64,000 bases of DNA from the human T2T-CHM13v2.0 reference genome, Homo sapiens (GCF_009914755.1 NC_060933.1); one strand, 5' to 3'. Shown: positions 1-14,772, counted from the first letter of the stretch. Notes: generated from the sequence alone by a model not told the origin. Translations and numbers: made by a program.

Positions 1-82
1 TTGAACCCCTGAACTCAAGTGATCCTCCTGCCTCGGCCTCTCAAAATGTTGGGAGTACAGGCAAGAGCCACTGCACCTGGCC
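1..82 (-). mobile_element. Alu 5' end, cut by the window edge
   Basis: ctcaagtgatcctcctgcctcggcctc...gagccactgcacctggcc is the reverse complement of the Alu left-arm start. Confidence 0.85.
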
Positions 83-292
83 TTGGTGTGCAAGCATTCT
101 TAATATTTGCTTTGACTTAGGTTTTCTTTGAAACAATCATTTCCAGGCCACTTGTCTATTTTGTGAGGGCTAAATTCACTCAATCATATAATTAGTCAAG
201 TTAGTTAAAATTCAATAATATAAATTTAATCTGGCATCTGGAAACTGCAATATGTTGCCATAAACTAAAAGCGAAGAATAGCTGAGGATGCC

Positions 293-848
293 TGGGCAGA
301 AAAGAGTTAACATAGCAGGCCTGAGACTGTTATCTTTAGAAAGGTCTGATTTGAAGGTTGGTCCTTGGCTGGTATCTGAGAGCTTGGATTCTGGACAGTT
401 CCCACCATCCCCTCAATGATAAGAGCAGCTCACTGTGCCTGAACTGGTTGTGCAAACAACGTGGTTTATGCTGAACACTGCCTTCCTTCTGGGAGTCTGG
501 AATTTTGTTACATAGTAGGCAGACGGTGTCGACATATCCATCCTCCGACTAAAAACCCTGGGCGTGTCATCTCTAATGTGCTTCCCTAGGCAGCATTTCA
601 CACATGTGGTCGCTACTCATTGCTGGGGGACTTAAGCGTGTCCTGTGCTCCTCCGCTGTGATAGGGCTATCAGAAGCTGCCACCTGGTTTCCCCTGGACT
701 TTGCCTCCCCACGTGCCTTTTCCTTTGCTGATATTGCTGTGTATTCTTTCAGTGTAATAAGTCATAGCTGCGAGTATGACTGTGTGCTGAGCCCTGAGAG
801 TCCTAGTGAATCATTGAACTTGGGGGTTGTCTTGGAGACTCTCAATGC
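293..848 (+). mobile_element. ERVL-class solo LTR, MER68-like
   Basis: Starts tgggcagaaaagagttaacatagcaggcctgagactg and ends ...gaacttgggggttgtcttggagactc. Collinear with the recalled MER68 consensus. Confidence 0.75.
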
Positions 849-1139
849 TGCATCCCATTGCTGTCTGGTGTAGAGAACTGACCAACCACCTTGTCTCTGG
901 GAGCATTCCTGCATACAATCACCAGACACCTACTGCCAGGGCTCCACAGTGAGTCCCCATATTAAGTGTTACTCCAGCTTAAGTTTCTGGGATTTAAACC
1001 CATCGCTGCCCCACAGAGCCCTCAGGTTAAACTCCAAATTCTTAGCAGGCAGGGTGCAGCCCCCTCTACCTTACCTCTTCTGATATTTCTCAAACCATCC
1101 TGCCCTGCTCAGTCTTTCCCCTCACATCACACTGGCTCA

Positions 1140-1420
1140 TGCTGCCGGGTCTGACACGCGCTGTTTCCTCCACCCAAAATGCCATTCCTTGTTCTTCACA
1201 ACTTCTCATGCATCCTCTGAAATCCAAACTTGTGAGCCACTTCCTCTGAGAAGCCCACTGAGACCTTGCAGGGAGGTCATGACTACTTCCTCCTCATGAC
1301 TTCTGCCTTCAAGCATGTTTCTGCTCTGCTGGTCACACAGAGATGACATCTATCTGATTACCTGTCTGCCTCTCCCACTAGATGAAGCTACTGGGAGGCA
1401 GGGCCTGCTTTGCCCACCTT
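1140..1420 (+). mobile_element. L2 3' fragment
   Basis: ctgtctgcctctcccactagatgaagctactgggaggcaggg resembles the L2 3' end. Boundaries approximate. Confidence 0.5.
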
Positions 1421-4400
1421 TAAATCTCTGGAGCCAAGAGGAGACAATCAGACTGGATGGGCCAGTTTAGGAGGTCATGAACTCTTTGTCACCACAGATG
1501 TGCAAGTTGAGCCTGAGCAAGCAAATTAAAGGAAGACCACAGAGAGAACTGGAGCATTTGATAGCAAAAGAGGCTGAGTTCATGGCCTCAGCTGCCCCTT
1601 CCACATGCTGTCTGACAGGTAGTGAGCTCCCCATCACTCCACATATTCAAGCAAAGCTTGGAAGACTCCCCCCCTTCTCCCCCTCCATCAGAATGCTCCA
1701 GGGGCATTTCCTGCACTGAGGGAGGTTTCATTTAATGACATCCCAGGTGCCTCCCTTCTATGTGGCTCTATGATGCCAAGTAAACGAGAAGGTTTCATCT
1801 GAAGGGTTCTAATGATTCTGTTTTCCAATATGTTACCACCAATACAAGTCTCTACTGGTTCGTCAACACCAAATAGCTACTTCACTTTTTCTCCTAAAGT
1901 CTTACGTGTGTTTATTTTTCTGATTTAACATCTTTCTTTTTCTCCCCTTAGCCATCAGGTACTCAGCCCCCTCTGCGAACTGCCTTGAACATAATCCATC
2001 CATGGGGGAAGACAAACTTTAGGCAGGTAGTGCCCATCTCAGTCCCAGCTATGAAAAAGGAAAAAGAAATGAGAGCAAGTCTCCAAATGGAAGGAAAAAT
2101 CTATGCCCAGAACAATTCTGCTCAGCCGCTTGCTCCATTGATTTCATGAAGCATGCCTGGGAGGGTGAAGGGCTTTCACTGCCCTTCTGGGGATCAACAT
2201 GAAAATGGACATACAACCTCTGCTGGCAGGCCTGTTCTGACAGATGACGCATGGGACTGCTGTGCTCCGGGTCTCCTTGTTGCCACAGATTCATGTGGGC
2301 TTCAGGCCAGCAAGTCAGATGGAAGAGCAAGCCCTGGTGGCTGGCTGGACACAGGGGCAAGTCACTTTCCTGCTGTCCAAAAGGTTCTCTCAAGGGCCTT
2401 TTACTTCATTCTGACTGCTCATCCTAGGTGCTCAATAGTGAGAAGGAGGGAAGAAACTCCCAGAGCGCCCCAAAGCAAGCCCCAGAGCACTGTGAGGTAT
2501 GAGGTGGGGAAGCTGAGAGGCCTGAGGTCTCCAGGGCCCATCTTGTCTTCTAGGGCAAGGGCGACAGATAAATCCTCAAGTTATAAGACTCTGAAGAGCA
2601 GCCTCTAGAAACAGCCCCAGAAGACCCCGTCTTGCTCAGGGTCTTCTGGGTAAGACCTGTATAGAAAATCTTCTCTGGAGCTTAGAGTACAGCAGAGCCT
2701 TTCTGGGGGAACGGTGCAGGGGGCAAAGGTGACTCAGGACCCACAGGAGTACTTTGGAACCCGAGTCAGGGCCTAGGGGCCATCTTAGAAGCCTTGGGGC
2801 AAATCAGAGAGAGGTTTCTCCTCTGGGAGGAGAAATTTCTGAAAGGCACCCCGTCTGGGCCCTTTCTGAAGGACTCCACTCCTCAAGGCCCTTGAAGCCA
2901 ACAAACTCCAAGAACTTGGCTCAAAGACCCGATCACAGGCCGAAATTCAGCTCCTGCCCCTGAAGCCAACACCCTTGTGTAGTGCAGAAAGTGCACAACT
3001 GCCCTTGGCAGCCTTGGCTCAGGCCACAGAACAATGCAGAATGAGCAAGAGGCCTTTCTTCCTGTTCCCCCACAACCCCAGAAGGTGCCTCAGGACTGGA
3101 GGTTGGGGAGCTTTTTGGAAACGCAGCATTCTCAGATGGGTAGTGGCAGGAGGGGGTGGGGTGTGGTGGGGAGGGGGCTGCTGTGTGCCTTCATACAGCT
3201 CTGTGGACAGAAGACGTGGACAAGTGGGCGTCAGGGCCAGAGAGGAAGGACTGAGTGGCCACACCATGTGATTGCAGCTGTTGAGAATTCTGTGGGCAAG
3301 TATGGTGTATCATTTAGGACTTCCAGAAATAACTGGAGCTCACTCAGAGGGGTCCCTTATTTTAAGTCTTCCCTGATTTGTCCCTTGCTTCTGGGCCTTA
3401 CCCACTCCCCTAGGCCTGTCTCTGCCAGTGTACACAACATAGTAAATGGGAACTGTTTGTTTACTTAGGTTTTCAATCTACACTGCCAGCTCCTCGAGGA
3501 CCATGCTCTGTGCCTAGCAGGTGCCTGGGAATGTTATCATATGAATGAATGAATTGTGGGAACAAGAGTGCTGAGCAGAGCCAGGGGTTGGAGTGGCCCA
3601 CATGTGGGGTGTCTGGAAGGGAGGCCATCATCTGCTTATTGGCTCAGGAGTCTGGGGAGTCCCTGGTTCCCCACTCAGCCCCCTCCTCTGGAAGGGAGTT
3701 GGGGGTGGGGAGGCCACTGTCATCAAGCGGGCATCTGTACCCCATCCAGGACTCCAGTTGGCCCAATCAGGCCCTGTGACAGCCAGTCCCTGTGACCCTC
3801 TCCTTGAGCTGGTCTGGACCTGCCAGGCAAGGCCACCACCAAACCCTGTGGGTATCTCCTAGCCCAGCCTTCCTGCTGCCTTCTGAAATCACAAAGCATG
3901 TTACCATGGCCAGCCATGACAGCCACCTGCAGAAACAGCCCCAAACCCACATTATTACATTGTTTTACTTCTCAACTGCCTCAAAAAGAAAACCCCATGC
4001 AACAACAACAACAAAACCACAGATTTATGGCCTTTTAACTAAAAATGTTTCATTAATTCCTACCAGACTTGAATTTACTGGGAGGCCAAGTGGGTGTTCC
4101 TAGGCAGCCTTTACCTTTCTAGTTAGAGTTAGAAAATCCCAGTACCTCTAGGAGGGCAGGAAGAGGGCATCACACTCCCCAGTCCAGTGTCTGGGCCTCC
4201 CCTGCCCCACCCCTGCCTAGCTGCCATCCATCTGAGCAGAGTGAAGAGGCCGAAGGGGTGCTTCGGGACTCGAACCCCACCCTGCCAGCTGTGATGGAAC
4301 CGCCCTGCTTCCCGAGGTTCGAGGGTGGGGGCCACAATCCAGTGTCTTCCAGCCCAGGAGCTCCTTCCCTCCCACAGCTGGGCCCCAGGAGACCAGGCTT

Positions 4401-5193
4401 CTGGTGCTCCCATTTATCTTACACAATCAGTCTCCAAGAGACAAACACAAAAATAAAGCATCAGGTACTAATCTTATCCCTGCTCTTCCAAGTGCGGTCT
4501 GGGGATGTGGCATCAGCATCCCCTGAGAGTGTGTCAGGAATGCAGAGGCCCCCTTCTAGACCCGCTGCATTCCATCCAGACCCCCAGGTGGCTCAGTGCA
4601 CACTGAGTAGCACTGTCTGTGCATGCAGGAGCTGGGATGGGGGCCACCCTTTGGCAAGGGGAGGAGGGTTGGGGCAGATAGGAACCAGAAGGAGACAGGG
4701 AGGGCCTCTGGGATGCTGATAAGGTCCTGCTTCTTGATATGGATCCTGGATTCACAGTTGAGTTCAGTTTGTGAAAATTCACTGAGTGCCACACTTATAA
4801 TATACATACTTTTTTTAAGTAGAAAAGTAGATAAAAGAGTTGGGGTGGTCAGCAAGTAGAGGCAGCTGGGAGCTAAAGCTGAGTCACGCTCTTCTGAGCG
4901 TCCCTCAGGGCAGCCCTGGGCCAAACTGGCTTCTTAGGCCAGATTCCAACCACTACATGGCCGCAGCATCCTCAGAGGTCCCGTCTGTGTCATTCTTACC
5001 TCCCTTGCTGCCTGCCCCAAAGCCCCTTTCAGCACTCAAGGTGGCAGAGGCAACCACCAGCTTGGCTTTGACTTAGGCAGGACCCAAGTCTGTTCCCGCC
5101 CCAGTTTTGGTAGAGCAAGGCCACAGAAGGCCAGAAGTTGCCATGGGTACCTACACCAAGCTGGCCAGCATCAACCGGTTTTCCCAGCCTCTT

Positions 5194-5492
5194 CTTTTTT
5201 ATCTTTTTTTGAGACAGGGTCTCCCTCTGTCACCCAGGCTAGAGTACAGTGGCACGATCTTGGCTCACTGCAACCTCTGCTTCCCAGGTTCAAGTGATTC
5301 TCCTGCCTCAGCCTCCTGAGTAGCTGGGACTATAGGCGTCTGCCACCACGCCTGGCTAATCTTTGTATTTTTAGTAGAGATGGGATTTTACTATGTTGGC
5401 CAGGTTGGCCTCGAACTCCTGACCTTAGGTGATCCACCCGCCTCAGCTTCCCAAAGTGCTGGGATTACAGGCATGAGCCACCGCACCTGGCC
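5194..5492 (-). mobile_element. AluS, full length
   Basis: Dimeric Alu with T-tail. TSD tcccagcctctt at 5182-5193 and 5493-5504. Confidence 0.95.
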
Positions 5493-5600
5493 TCCCAGCC
5501 TCTTTATCCCAAGTTTACTCTGCTTTATCAGTGTCTCTCTTAATGGTATCCAGAGGTGAACACAATTATCCAGACATAGTCCCATCATTCGTTCATACAT

Positions 5601-5742
5601 AATGATAACAGCTAAGATGTATGAAGCCTTACTGTGTGACAGGCACTAGATGCTTTACATACATGATCTCATTTAATCCTCACAACCCTATTATTATCAT
5701 CCCCATTTTACAGAAGAGGAAACTAAGGTTCAGAGATGTTAA
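5601..5742 (-). mobile_element. MIR
   Basis: catttaatcctcacaaccct...ccccattttacagaagaggaaactaaggttcagaga is the MIR core in reverse orientation. Confidence 0.7.
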
Positions 5743-8213
5743 ATAGGGTAAACAAAAGCCACTGAATTGTACACATTAAAAGGGCAAAATTTATGGTATG
5801 TGGATTATATCTTAATTTAAAAAAATCTGAGACAAAAATTTTGGTAATATTGGCTGGGATAGGTGGTTACCAGATCCCTAAGAACTTAGTTGACTTTTTT
5901 TTTTTTTCTGGTATAAGCCAGCTAATAAAAAATCAGAATAGTCTTGCTTTCTAATGAAACATCTCAATCATCTTTGTGGTCCAACAGAGCTAGTTTTAAA
6001 CTTCTTCCCTGCTGCCTAGCAGTGTGTGACAGGGCTTCCGTTTTCTGCTCCGTCAGGTGGGGACAGTGAACTTGGCCTTGTCAGGTGGTTGTGAACGAAA
6101 GGCTGCCCCTGGCTGAAAGCTGGCCTTGGTGACTCGCAGAGGCTGAGGGCACAGGCTCGGGAGTTAACAGGAAGCTGTTACTACCCCACGCCCAGGAATG
6201 CTTCTGAGAGCCCAGGAAGCTGCGTGAGGCCCACGCTGGGATCTAAGGTCCGCCTGGAGCCTCCTCATCCTGTCTGCAAAGCCCCTTCTTACTCCTCCCC
6301 CGCTCGAGCTGGGGTTTCTGCCTCAGATCCACAAGGAAGGCAAGTGCTTTTTCTCATCCCCACCTGCTGGACTCCTTGTCTGGGCAGACAGGGGCTGGGA
6401 TCCCAGAGCCGGGTCAGCTCAGCTGCCGGGGTCCATCCCTTCCCCCTGGCACTGGGGCCCTGGCCACGCCCAGCACTGTCCTTGCAGACAGCTCCACGTC
6501 CACAGGGGCCACGTTGCTATGGTGACTCCACTACCCGCACAGTGTCCAGGGAGACAGCACGGGGTATAGCTGGAGCTGTTCTCAAGACTTGGAGAAACCG
6601 GCACTGACAGTCTGGGAAGATTCTGGAAAGGGTCAGAGGGAGTGGGGGATGGGAACTAAGAGAAACTGCATCCCTAGGAGTAGCACTGTGTGTGGGTGAA
6701 TCTGTGTGCACGCACTCACACACGCACCCACCCTCGTCCGAGCAGAGGTGTAGCCCCTAGAGAGGCCTAATCTTGTGACTGTCATAGGTTTCTGCCTGAG
6801 GGGGTATTCATGGTTTCTCACTGTGTTAAGCTGCTATTTTGAAAACTAAAAGGGAGAAAAAAGCGGCATGTATATGGCAGCAGAGCAGACAGAACTGTGA
6901 CTTCGGCTGCGCCATGTCTGAACCTGGTCTCATGGTCTACCTTGTCCCCTGTCCTTTAAGATTTACAGAACCCAGTGTGGGACACCAGGAAATTACACTG
7001 TGACGAGGATGCAAGGTGACAAGCTGTGATGCCTATCCCTCCTCCTACATCCCTCCATGCAGCACTCTCCCTGAGTTCCAGGCGGCTTGTCTGAATCGTC
7101 TTGTTTAACCCACACTGCAATCCTGCAGAGGGAAAACTGTTATGCTCATTTTACAGATGAGAAAACTGAGGTTAAGTCACTTGCTGCAGTCAGGAGCTAG
7201 TAAGTGGAGGAGGTGGCAGTCGAATGCAGGCTGTTGTTGGAAGATCCGTGATCACTACACCATAGGGGCCTGCTTCTCCTTGCAGCTCCCCACTCGGTGG
7301 GAGTTTGCTGGGAGCAGCCTTCTAGGTCCGAAGGACAGAATCCATGGCACCAAGTGAAATTAAGGAGCTGCCCACCCTGGAATAGCAGGTGGAATACAAC
7401 CCAAATTGTACCCATCAGGCACTGGTACTTAGGCCCTAAATTCAAGAGCTTTCACTTCCTCTTCCTGGGCAATATTGAGAATTAGTAAATAAATGGCCCC
7501 AGCCCTAACCCATGTACACCTCTGTGCTGACCCGATTCAGTCCGGGGTAGATAATCTATGCCTTTTCCCCACAGTCATGCATGTGGACTCCCCTTTGTAG
7601 AGCTTCTAAAACAGCCTTGACTGCAAATAAATTAATTCTCAGGGGCAGCAAGAACTGGGCCCTAATATCTTTTCGGGCCCTCATTTTCAGAGCCGATGCT
7701 GATTTGTAAAGCGCTTTATGATTTATTCATATCAGCCTTCCCCGGCTTCCCAGGACAACCTTCCCCTCACACAAATGAGCGTGACTCCCAGAATAGAACA
7801 TCAGGCTTCATTAAAAAGAAAAGCCCTGGGTGTGGGGGATGTCCCTGTTTTTGCTCCCTAGCCTGCGTCACCCTGTGGTTGTTGAATTCAGGTCAAACTT
7901 GAGAAAGCACCTGTGCTTTCATAGCCTTTGGCTTGTGAACAAGGCGAGATGTCAGGAACTTCTTTCTGGGAAGGAGAGAGTTTCTAAAGGCTGGGCAGCC
8001 CTTCATGTCTGCTGCAGGAATCTCTGCAGTGAAGATTGAATGCCTCAGGACACCTGAGGCATTCCCAGGTGTCCAACAGCAAGTGATGAGGAGATGGGCA
8101 GAGTGGCCCCCGGGAAGGACTGGGGCCATGGCAGAATGAGGGTAGGGTTTTGCTCCACTGGTTCTCAACCTGGGGAACAAGGCAAGCCCCTTGCCTCTCA
8201 GGGATGCCACTGA

Positions 8214-8538
<325 letters not shown>

Positions 8539-8865
8539 CCAGTACCATTTCCATTACTGTAATCATCACTGTGTCCTAAAACTTGGGGAGGAAGCCTAAG
8601 CACAGATGGAAGAGAGAAATCCTCACTTTCCTCGTTTAACTTCATCAGGGTCCCTCAGGAGCAACCTTTTATTCAGGCCTCACCACTGCCCAGGAAAGCT
8701 GACCATAAATAAATTGTATGCCCATGAAATTGTTAGGCATCTCAGGGCACAAAAGTCATGCTGATGTAGGAATATCAGAGACTCAGTGGCCTTCACACTT
8801 CCACTAAAACTAGCGAGACTTCCATGCGCTTTGGTTATCATTCTCATGCCAGAAGGCCACCCTTG

Positions 8866-9198
<333 letters not shown>

Positions 9199-10272
9199 TG
9201 AACCACACCCACAAGGACTTTTGAGAAGCTCAGCTTCTTTGGAAGCTGACTGCAGGCACAGTGAAGCCAGGGACTTGCATCTTTTGTATTCACCTTCTTC
9301 ACTCCCAGACGGGCAGAATAATGGGAATTAGTCTCATGCCAGAAGGCCATACTCTTTTGATCTTTTGGTGGGAATGAGCCAGTGCCAGGCTTGGAGTGAA
9401 AAACTCTTGAGTGGGAAGAGTGAACCAAGTGACCCTGGAGCACTGGGGTTTGACAGTCATGCAGGTCCCTCCAGGAGAGGAGAGGGGCCTGAACACACCA
9501 GTGACCTCACTACCCCCTCAGTTACTGGGGACTCGACCACACACTTCTCAAGGCACTGCCCAATTGAGGATAAAGTAAATGTATCTGTAGACCTCTCTCT
9601 GGCTAGACAGCTCACAGTGAAGTTACTGGTAACAGGAACAATTTCTCGATGATGTGTAACAGTCAGTCCAGTTTAATCATTCGCAGAAATCCTGGGAGCA
9701 AAATCCCCTAGACTGTAAGATCTTGGGGGGCTTCCCTTCTTTCCATGTGCTGTCCCAGAGCAGAGGGACTGGCCTGGACTCAGTCCTCAAAATCTGGGGT
9801 GTGAGTGGGGACTTGCAGCACATTTAAAGGGTGCTTCGTTTAAGCATCCCTCACTGCTAGCCTTCAGCCCTCATCATCCAGCAGTGGGCAACACTGAGGC
9901 TTGTGAGCAACAAATGCAGTCTAAAAAAGGCTGCTTTGCAAAAAAGGGCCCACAGTGCTCTCAACGTCTTGAAAGAAAACAGCACCAACAAAGGAGTGGC
10001 TTTTGGATGAATCCACTCAGCACCGATCTTTTGACCATCCCCTCTAGCTCTGGTCTTCCAGGCAGGGGACTGGATGAATTACTGCATGTGGGACTCTAAA
10101 GAGACCCAGCTGGCTAACCCCATTTGGACAGATCATAGTCAATGTCCAGAAATACATCCCAACTGATTACTTTATTCTTAAAAAGTAAGTTCATGATATT
10201 TTCAACTGAGAGTTAGTTCCATAAAACTATTAAGTGATTGCTAATACATAACCCCCTTTAAAAAAATAACTA

Positions 10273-10623
<351 letters not shown>

Positions 10624-10654
10624 TTACACTGCTTTGGACTTCATTAAATATATA

Positions 10655-10886
10655 TATATCTCAATAGGGATGATACAGCCCCCTTGGGGGCAACTGTTGG
10701 TTCTTGAATGTGAAGAAACATTACTCTTTTTTACGTATAAACCATAGATATATATATAAAGTACACAAACAGATATACATTACATTTCTGGTATTAAACT
10801 TTCATAAGAGGAATCATTAGGAAAAAATGTCTAAAAATGCTCCTTAGGGGAACAATAAGGAAAAAACCGTTGAAGAAAACACCACT
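10655..10886. mobile_element. hAT-Charlie MITE (MER112-like)
   Basis: tctcaataggg...cccccttggggg...gtacacaaacagatatac...aggaaaaaatgtctaaaaatgctccttaggggaac...ttgaagaaaacac resembles a recalled MER-type MITE. Confidence 0.55.
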
Positions 10887-11136
10887 TAAATAGAAAATAA
10901 CAATTATAGCTTTTACCATATAACTCAGTCAGACATACAAAGATCTATCGTCATATTCTTTGATGGTTTTTGAGGTAGATGGGAGGATCTGTTCCTTCTT
11001 AAACGATCCTGACCCTGACTCTGACCCTTGGCGCTGATGCTTTTCTGGAAGATAATATTTTTCCCCTCCTTTTCTATGTTACTCTGTCAATTCTCAGTGG
11101 GCTCTCTTCTAACAGTGGCCTGGTAAGTCCAGTATC

Positions 11137-11346
11137 TTTATTTCCGAGACAGGGTCTTTCTCTGTTTCCCAGGCTGGGGCACAGTGACGCGATCACAACT
11201 CACTGCAACCTTGATCTTTGGGCTCAAGCAATCCTCCCTCCTCAGCCTCCTGAGAAGATGGGACTACAGGTGTACACCAGCATGCCTGGCTAATTTTTTT
11301 TTGTATTTTTTGTAGAGACAGGGTTTCACCATGTTGCCCGGGCTGG
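11137..11346 (-). mobile_element. AluJ-like, partial (right arm plus part of left arm)
   Basis: gagacagggtct...gggctcaagcaatcctccc...tttttgtagagacagggtttcaccatgttgcccgggctgg. Confidence 0.85.
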
Positions 11347-11548
11347 AAGTCCATTATCTTAACTTTGTAGGTGGTATTTATACCCAGTGATGGCCTGACA
11401 GTAACACCGTTCTTCCCTGTTGAGTTGAAAACTACTAAATGGGTTGTTCCCTGCCTGTTCATGTATTTTCATGTATTTCTGGGTTTGCATCTGTGTTTTC
11501 GATGACTGAGGTCACCAAGGAAACTTTCTATCATATACCACTGGCTTA

Positions 11549-11764
<216 letters not shown>

Positions 11765-13569
11765 CTAAACGCCTGCTAGATATATATTGTTGCTCAGGCT
11801 AGAGGGGAGAGAGAGAAACAGAAATACGCCATGGGGCCTCAGGGGACACATCAGCAGGAAGTCCCACATTTCTAGTCAGATTTTCCCCAACACCCAGGTG
11901 CTCACTCTGGAACCTTCCCCTTACAGAGAAATAATGAAAAGCTCTGGTTTCCTCTACCCTCCTCCCCACCTACTGTTTGTCCTTCACTAAAAGACCTCAG
12001 ACAACTATATATTTCTAATTGTTGATTTCCCTGCCTCCTTTGTCAAGTTCACCTATTACTTCCCAAGGGACAGCTTGTCACATCAGCTTCTTCATCCATT
12101 AATTTTCAGTTTAAACAAAAGCATTAAGTCAACAGGTTTTTTTTTTTTTTTTTGGCTGGAACTAAGAACTCATGTCAAATCTAGAGAATGTGACATGTAA
12201 CTTCAGCCACGTTCCCCACAGTGAGGAGAAAGTCCCATACCACACTCCCCAGCCTTGAGTAGACCATGTCAAGGAGGCCTAACTGTGAGTCTCAGGGTTG
12301 CTTAGGAAAGCTCACACTGTTCCGTGCACAAAGACAGCCACACATGTGGGCAGGAATACCTCTCCCAGTCACCGGGTGACAGAGGGAGACACCAGAGTCC
12401 GCAACCCACCCACTACCCCTGTCTTCACTAGGCTGCAGTGGGGAGCAGGGAGCATTCTTTATACTTCCAGACGCTGCATCCTTCTCTGTCATTTCCTCCC
12501 GGAACCCTGTGGTGGCCTCCAGCTGCCCAGCAAGCCAGGGTCATCAGTGGGCTTGTAGGTGCCTGGCCCCCCCAGCACAATCAGCTCAGAAGGGCTTCAG
12601 GTTTTAGGCGCCCTGTGGTTGAGGGGCTCTTTTGCAGACTGTAATTACAGCCAATTGTTCCCCAACATTTTCCTTTGCATTCTCCAGTTCTGTTAACCCT
12701 TCACATTTTAAACATGCAATACGTCAAAGGGAGAGGGAAATAAGAAGCCTGCTGCTCTTCCTCTGTGAACTGCACCCCGGCTTTCAAGTTGGGAGCAGGG
12801 GGTCCAGGGCTTAGACTCGGCCACTCCATAAAAGTGACACCTTGACAAATCACTTAGCCTGGCTGAATTTCCTCACCTGTATAACTGATCCTGTTGCCTT
12901 GGACACACATGAAGCTGAGATGACGCTGGGTCCTTGGAGGTCCTTTTGTAAACCGTGAACTACTTAGGTGCCTCAATTCTTATTACTACAGCAGTCAGGG
13001 GAGGGGAGAGCCTGGGGGTTGGGGCAGGCTTCCCAGAGGAGGTGGGCCTTATAGGATGGATTTAGGAAGACAGAAGTAGGGGGAGGGATTGGGAACCATA
13101 GCAATATTTTTTTTCTATCTTTCTGCAGATTTTTAAATAGCCAAGCCAGTTAAAAAACAAGACAAAACAAAACAAAAAACTTCACCTGGATGCCAGCCTC
13201 TTGAAAAGAGTAATGGTAACTTTCCCCCAGGAGGCCAAGAGGGGGTAGTTAAGGAATTCAATGAGTTTAGTCTTATGATGGGGCAACTTGCTGTCCTGAT
13301 GGGACTTCTCGAGGCATCTGGGCTGTCAATCTAACTTTGAGAGCTGATTATGTGCCCAGGCCTGTGCCAAGTGCTAAGAGGTATGTTGAGCATTTAAGGT
13401 TTGTATGGAGTGGACAAAAGTTGCCTCACTTTTTTTTGTGGCAGTATATGTGCTATTTGTTGTAAGTAAAATAAAATAACAGGAGAAGAAAACTCTTTTC
13501 TGTTTTTCAGGAAATAGGTTTGACCTAAGCAACTGCTATCAAAAAAAGCCAAACAAACAACAAAATAAC

Positions 13570-13745
13570 CCCGGACACAGTGGCTCATGCCTCTAATTCC
13601 AGCAACTTGGGAGGCTGAGGCAGGAGGATCGCTTGAGTCCAGGAGTTTGAGAAAAGCCTAGGCAGCATAGTGAGACTGTCTCTTAAAAAAGTAAAATAAA
13701 ATAAAATAAATTAATTAAAATAATTAATTAATTAATTAAAAAACC
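13570..13745 (+). mobile_element. Alu left monomer (FLAM-like) with an A/T-rich tail
   Basis: ccggacacagtggctcatgcc...ggaggatcgcttgagtccaggagtttgag...gtgagactgtctc followed by (AAAAT)n/(TAAT)n. Confidence 0.8.
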
Positions 13746-14540
13746 AAGCACACACACAAAAGTCTAGAGCCTCCAAATTCCTTCTTTGCAAGCAGGGAGA
13801 AATTTAAAAATCTCAAAAACCAAAAAAACTGTTTTCTTCAGAATCAGACTTGTTCCCGACAGCCCACGAGTTCATGCAATGTGGCTTCTGGGCACCATGG
13901 CAGAGCCATGGCACCATGTAGGTGGTCACTGTGGCTGTCCCCATGACGGCCCATGCTCTGCACCCCTGCTTATTCCACAAAAAGGCTTGGGGCTGGGTTC
14001 AGGGATTTGCTATGGACACCAAAGAAGCAAAATGCACTTGGTAAAAACCACCGCCTGGAGTGGCGGCCTGTTCTACCCATGACTGACCAGAATAACTCAG
14101 TCAGCCTCTCTCCTCTGGAGAATTAAGGGCACGTGGTGGGGAAAAGAAATTAAGACAAGAAACCAAGAAGACAGTCTGCCACGAGTGGACAGCAGCACTC
14201 TGTCGCTGAACTTCAGGGCTTTTCTCTGTGAAATGAGGAGTTATCCGGAGGGTCATACGGGATGATGGAAGGGAGGGCTTCCTGGCCGTAATGAACTGTA
14301 CCAATGGGAGTCCATTTCACTGGACTTTGTGACCCCCTTCAGTGGTGATTCCCAGCGATGCTAGGGGATAGGGGCAAAGAAGTTTGGGGTATTCTGTCTT
14401 CTATATCTCTCCTCCTGGACCTCCACAAAGTACAGGAGTATATCCAAAGCTCTGAGAAGGCCCGTGGACTTGGACTCTTCGATTTTATTTAACTTCCTCA
14501 AACTTATTTGACTAAACTCCTGTGCAACCAGCAGCCTGGC

Positions 14541-14543
<3 letters not shown>

Positions 14544-14585
<42 letters not shown>

Positions 14586-14598
14586 CACGCACACACAC
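14544..14598. repeat. (TG)19 microsatellite joined to an inverted (CA) tract
   Basis: TG x19 at 14544-14581, then cgtgcacgcacacacac. Confidence 0.95.
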
Positions 14599-14772
14599 GT
14601 ACTCACATGCATGTAACACCTACAACATCCTAGCAACGGAGGAACACTTTGGGAAACTCTGCCCTGCAGACTTCTGTGTCCCTGGGGAATCTGTCATGTG
14701 GCACTCCTATACTGTGTCCATAGGCTTGTCAATTTAGAAAGTGATATCACAGAGGAGGACCAGGGTGGCTTA

